Source: an uncultured Chthoniobacteraceae bacterium (GTDB lineage: Bacteria > Verrucomicrobiota > Verrucomicrobiia > Chthoniobacterales > DYNR01). From it: a stretch of 64,000 nt of DNA. Under the pieces are notes generated by a model. That model made no database searches. It was given only the letters and a program-made list of their open reading frames with translations, and was not told the origin of the DNA. Positions within the stretch are counted from its first letter, which is position 1. Each line of letters opens with the position of its first letter. The DNA is taken from positions 174,083-238,082 of the forward strand of contig CAZQRL010000003.1 of the NCBI GenBank assembly GCA_964595865.1, in the 5' to 3' direction. The translations under genes were made by a program, and so were the position numbers. Shown piece by piece: positions 60,247 to 64,000 of the stretch.

Positions 60247-62208
60247 ATGCCCCTCCTTTCCCATATCACCGACTGCATGATCGCCGATATCCCTGACATC
60301 CACGCCTACCTCAAACAACACGAGGAGAAAGATTTGCTGCGCTTCCTCACCTGCGGCAGCGTGGACGATGGCAAATCCACCCTCATCGGCCGCCTCCTTT
60401 ACGACACCAAGATGATCTACGAGGATCAGTTGGCGGCGGTAATGCGCGACTCCAAAGTCCATGGGACGACCGGCTCCGACTTTGACCCCGCCCTCCTCAC
60501 CGATGGGCTGAAAGCCGAGCGGGAACAAGGAATCACCATCGATGTGGCCTACCGCTACTTCTCAACCGATCGGCGGAAATTCATCATCGCCGATACGCCC
60601 GGCCACGAACAATACACCCGCAACATGGCCACCGGGGCCTCAAATTGCAACCTGGCCATCATCCTCGTGGATGCGCGGCACGGCGTGGTCACCCAGACTC
60701 GCCGACACAGTTTTATCGTCTCCCTACTGGGGATCAAACACGTCGTGGTGGCGGTCAATAAAATGGATTTGGTGGACTGGTCGGAGGAGGTTTTCGAGCG
60801 GATACGTACTCAGACCAATGACTTCGCGGCCCGACTCAATTTCACGGACCTGCATTTCATTCCCATCTCGGCTTTGCAGGGAGACAATGTGGTGGAGCGC
60901 AGTGCCAACACCCCTTGGTATGACGGGCCCTCCCTGTTGCACCACCTCGAGACGGTTAACATCGCCTCGGACCGCAACCTCATTGACCTCCGTTTTCCGG
61001 TGCAATACGTCATCCGCCCGAACCTCGATTTTCGTGGCTTTGCGGGTACGCTGGCTTCGGGGATTCTCCGCGTGGGCGATCCGGTTTTGGTGGCTGCTTC
61101 GCAGCGGCGTTCGCGGGTCAAGGGGATCCTGCGTGGTGGGGTGCCGACCGAGCAAGCGGTGGCGCCGATGAGTGTTGTGGTTACGCTGGAGGATGAGATT
61201 GATGCCTCGCGCGGCGACATGCTGGTGCATCCGAACAACCTCCCGCAGGTGGATACCGAGGTTGAAGCCATGATGGTCTGGATGCACCCCGAAGCCGCGC
61301 GCTTCGGCTCCACCTACCTCGTCAAACACACCACCACCATGGCTCCGGCGACTTTGACCAAGCTGCGCTACAAAATGGATGTCAACACTCTCCGCAAACA
61401 GCCAGAAAGTGCGGGCGGCACCTTGGAAATGAACGAAATCGGGCGGGTGCATCTCTCCTTGCACCGGCCCATCGCCTTCGATGCCTACTCCCGCAACGCT
61501 CCGACCGGAGCGTTCATCGTGATTGACCGCATCAGCAACGCCACGGTTGCCGCCGGAATGATCGTGGATCGCCTCGCTGCCGCCGATCGCACGGCCCAAG
61601 CGGCTCCAACGAGCAAAAACATTCGCCCTGAGCCTTCCTTGGTGACACCTGCGGAGCGACAAAAAGTGGCCGGGCAGAAAGCCGTGACGCTGTGGCTCAC
61701 GGGCTTGAGCGGCTCGGGGAAATCCACCATCGCGCAGGCCCTGGAAAAGCGGCTCCTCGCGGCGGGGCACCTCGCTTACATTCTCGACGGCGATAATCTC
61801 CGGCATGGCCTCAATCGTGACCTTGGGTTTTCCGCGCCCGATCGGGCGGAAAATATCCGCCGCGTGGCCGAAGTTTCCCGTCTTTTCAACCAGGCGGGCG
61901 TGATGATAATTACCAGTTTCATCTCTCCCTATCGGCAAGACCGGGAAATTGCCCGGGCGATCATCGGCGAGGAGCAATTTCTCGAAATCCACGTTAGCAC
62001 CCCACTGGAAATTTGCGAGAGCCGGGATGTCAAAGGCCTCTACAAAAAGGCCCGGGCGGGAGAGATCACGCAATTCACGGGGATTTCCGATCCCTACGAG
62101 GCCCCAGAGGCCCCGGCTTTGGTCTTGCCCGCGCACGAGCTGGAAGTCGAGGAGGCAGCCAACCGGCTTTACGGATTGTTGCTGGAACGCGGCTGCTTTT
62201 CCGCTTAA
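60247..62208 (+). CDS. cysNC: bifunctional sulfate adenylyltransferase subunit 1 / adenylylsulfate kinase
   Basis: ORF 60160..62208, with a probable start at 60247 or 60277. GTPase motifs [28 protein letters not shown]-terminal APS-kinase P-loop [13 protein letters not shown]. Confidence 0.88.
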   Translation: MPLLSHITDCMIADIPDIHAYLKQHEEKDLLRFLTCGSVDDGKSTLIGRLLYDTKMIYEDQLAAVMRDSKVHGTTGSDFDPALLTDGLKAEREQGITIDVAYRYFSTDRRKFIIADTPGHEQYTRNMATGASNCNLAIILVDARHGVVTQTRRHSFIVSLLGIKHVVVAVNKMDLVDWSEEVFERIRTQTNDFAARLNFTDLHFIPISALQGDNVVERSANTPWYDGPSLLHHLETVNIASDRNLIDLRFPVQYVIRPNLDFRGFAGTLASGILRVGDPVLVAASQRRSRVKGILRGGVPTEQAVAPMSVVVTLEDEIDASRGDMLVHPNNLPQVDTEVEAMMVWMHPEAARFGSTYLVKHTTTMAPATLTKLRYKMDVNTLRKQPESAGGTLEMNEIGRVHLSLHRPIAFDAYSRNAPTGAFIVIDRISNATVAAGMIVDRLAAADRTAQAAPTSKNIRPEPSLVTPAERQKVAGQKAVTLWLTGLSGSGKSTIAQALEKRLLAAGHLAYILDGDNLRHGLNRDLGFSAPDRAENIRRVAEVSRLFNQAGVMIITSFISPYRQDREIARAIIGEEQFLEIHVSTPLEICESRDVKGLYKKARAGEITQFTGISDPYEAPEAPALVLPAHELEVEEAANRLYGLLLERGCFSA

Positions 62209-62220
62209 TCTCCCAGAGAC

Positions 62221-63270
62221 ATGAAAATACGCACTCTTCCAGGCACGGAAATCTCGCCCAGTGTGATCGGTTTTGGGCTTTGGACTGTCTCCACCGGCTG
62301 GTGGGGAAACTTCACCGATGCTGAGGCCGTCGCCCTCCTGCGTCGGGCTCATGACCTGGGCATCACGCTCTTTGATGCGGCCGATACCTATGGAAACGGT
62401 CGCAGTGAGGAGCTGCTCGCGCAGGCTTTTCCCGGCTCGGCCCGGGATCAGGTCGTCATCGCCACCAAAGTGGGCTATGATTTTGTGCACCATGGAGCGG
62501 GGCGGCGGGGTCAGCGGGAAATCCCGCAGGACTTTCGTCCGGAAGCAATTCGCCGTGCGGTGGATGCGGCCTTGCAGCGCTTGGGCACCGATCGGATTGA
62601 CGTGCTGCAGCTGCACAACATCCGCATGGAGCAAGTGGAAGACGATGCGCTCTGGGAGTGTCTGGCGGAGTTGCGCGCCAGCGGGAAGATTCTTGCCGAG
62701 GGGGTGGCGCTTGGGCCGGCCATTGGTTGGCTGGGCGAGGGGATCGAAGCCATCCGTCGCCGCCGGCCAGCCATTCTGCAGCACATCTATAACTACCTCG
62801 AACAACACCCGGGCCGGGCCATTCAAGCCGAAGCCGCCCGCACGGGTGCGCCGACCCGGTTTTTCATTCGGGTGCCCCACTCCTCCGGGATGCTCGAAGG
62901 CCGCTATACCGAGGACACTGTTTTTCCCCCGAATGATCACCGCAATCACCGCCCCCGCAGCTGGCTGATCAATGGCCTGCGCAAGGTGGAGCAGTTGCGC
63001 TTTCTGGAACACTCTGGCCGCACCTTGGGGCAAGTCGCCATTCAGTGGCTGTTGCAAGATGAGCGGGTCGCGACCGTGCTGCCGAATATCTATAATCTGG
63101 AACAGCTCGAGGAATTTGCCGCCGCGCCCGACCAGGTGCCGCTCACTTCGGAAGAACTCCAGCGCATGGCGGAACTCCACGCCGCCAACTTCGGGCTCGA
63201 ACCCGAGGAGGGACGCTTCAAAGGCACCATGGATTGGCCACTGGAAACGGCAACGACCGTGGCGGCCTGA
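62221..63270 (+). CDS. aldo/keto reductase
   Basis: 349 aa: GFGLWTVS...LFDAADTYGNGRSEELL, IDVLQLHN. Confidence 0.85.
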   Translation: MKIRTLPGTEISPSVIGFGLWTVSTGWWGNFTDAEAVALLRRAHDLGITLFDAADTYGNGRSEELLAQAFPGSARDQVVIATKVGYDFVHHGAGRRGQREIPQDFRPEAIRRAVDAALQRLGTDRIDVLQLHNIRMEQVEDDALWECLAELRASGKILAEGVALGPAIGWLGEGIEAIRRRRPAILQHIYNYLEQHPGRAIQAEAARTGAPTRFFIRVPHSSGMLEGRYTEDTVFPPNDHRNHRPRSWLINGLRKVEQLRFLEHSGRTLGQVAIQWLLQDERVATVLPNIYNLEQLEEFAAAPDQVPLTSEELQRMAELHAANFGLEPEEGRFKGTMDWPLETATTVAA

Positions 63271-63316
63271 TTTCCTAAAACTTTCCTCAGCCTCGTCGCA
63301 CCCCCCAGCTATTCCG

Positions 63317-63979
63317 GTGCCCTTCAGCCAGAGCAAAGTCCTGATTTTTGATTTCGATGGCACCTTGGCGGATACCTTCGAGGTCGGGCTGGGGATTTTC
63401 AATCAACTCAGTGAGGAGTTTGGCTTCCGACCCATTGTGGAGGCGGAGATTCCCGCTGCGCGCAAAATGACTGCCCGGGAATTGATAGAAGCCTACGGGA
63501 TTTCCCATCGCAAGGTGCCGCAGATCGCCGCCCGCGGTTTGAAGCTGCTCCATGGCCGCATGGGCGAGGTGCGGCCCTTTGCCGCAATCCCCGAGGTGTT
63601 GCAAACCCTGCGCTCCCGCGGCTATGTCCTGGGAATCCTGACTTCCAATTCGGAAGAAAACGTCCGCCTTTTCCTCCAGCGCAGCGGCTTGGAAATTTTC
63701 CAGTTTGTGCGGACCTCCTCGCGGCTTTTCGGCAAGGCGCGGGAAATTCGCCATCTCTTGCGGAAATACCGTTGGGCCAAGCAAGAGGTCGTGCTTTTCG
63801 GGGATGAATGTCGGGATATTGAGGCCGCACGCAAGAGTGGACTGCCGATTGTGGCGGTGAGCTGGGGCTTTAATAGCCCGGAGGCCTTAGCGAAGCTCCA
63901 GCCCGAAGCCCTCATCAGCCAGCCCGCCGAGTTGGCGCAATTGTTTTCTGGGCCGGCGGAGGAAAAAAATCCTAGCTGA
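63317..63979 (+). CDS. HAD-superfamily hydrolase (phosphoglycolate phosphatase-like)
   Basis: Motif I FDFDGTLADT, motif II LTSN, motif III-IV K...GDECRDIEAA. No ATG is near the N-terminus, so an in-frame GTG at 63317 is proposed. Confidence 0.7.
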   Translation: MPFSQSKVLIFDFDGTLADTFEVGLGIFNQLSEEFGFRPIVEAEIPAARKMTARELIEAYGISHRKVPQIAARGLKLLHGRMGEVRPFAAIPEVLQTLRSRGYVLGILTSNSEENVRLFLQRSGLEIFQFVRTSSRLFGKAREIRHLLRKYRWAKQEVVLFGDECRDIEAARKSGLPIVAVSWGFNSPEALAKLQPEALISQPAELAQLFSGPAEEKNPS

Positions 63980-64000
63980 GGCTTCGGCGAGTGCATAAGG

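Overview
GC-rich bacterial chromosomal window (about 60% GC by eye). The gene families suggest a Verrucomicrobiota-like organism, but that is inference only. Most of the window is core metabolism and information processing. (1) 0.1-9.6 kb holds housekeeping genes: an NfeD-type protease, nadA, ftsY, ribH-nusB, an acyl-CoA desaturase, menB, a degenerate lyxose-isomerase-like cupin, pilT and a menE-like ligase. (2) 9.6-16.1 kb is the only clearly accessory stretch and is in decay. It holds a start-less, frameshifted discoidin-domain pseudogene, an intact 762-aa six-hairpin-glycosidase-like gene, and fragments of a Mu-like prophage head module (portal, F, I). It also holds a chimeric ORF (phage scaffold fused to half an FGE/SUMF1 domain) and an orphaned C-terminal beta-sandwich fragment. 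(3) 16.2-35.9 kb is a minus-strand array of 20 nearly gap-free ORFs: Alternative Complex III (actABCDEF), a cbb3 oxidase (ccoS-N-O plus a monohaem cytochrome c), an aa3 oxidase (ctaC-D-E), haem O/A synthases, Sco, a soluble PAS histidine kinase and a CNNM/CBS protein. (4) 36.4-48.4 kb holds rplKAJL-rpoBC-rpsB-tsf, followed by tRNA-Tyr. (5) 48.6-51.5 kb holds three translationally coupled genes: an inverted-topology photolyase-like protein, a DUF2256 zinc ribbon and a canonical cryptochrome/photolyase. (6) 51.9-56.1 kb encodes a 1407-aa unassignable bipartite envelope protein that converges on a three-gene phosphorelay (56.1-60.1 kb). (7) 60.2-64 kb holds cysNC, an aldo/keto reductase and a HAD hydrolase. 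I saw no rRNA, CRISPR array, intact transposase or integrase, or recognisable defence system. The candidates most worth follow-up are the photolyase trio, the giant bipartite membrane protein, the single-unit respiratory array with its embedded kinase, and the chimeric or decayed island. All calls rest on motif recognition from the translated ORF track and manual reading. No database search or folding computation was possible.
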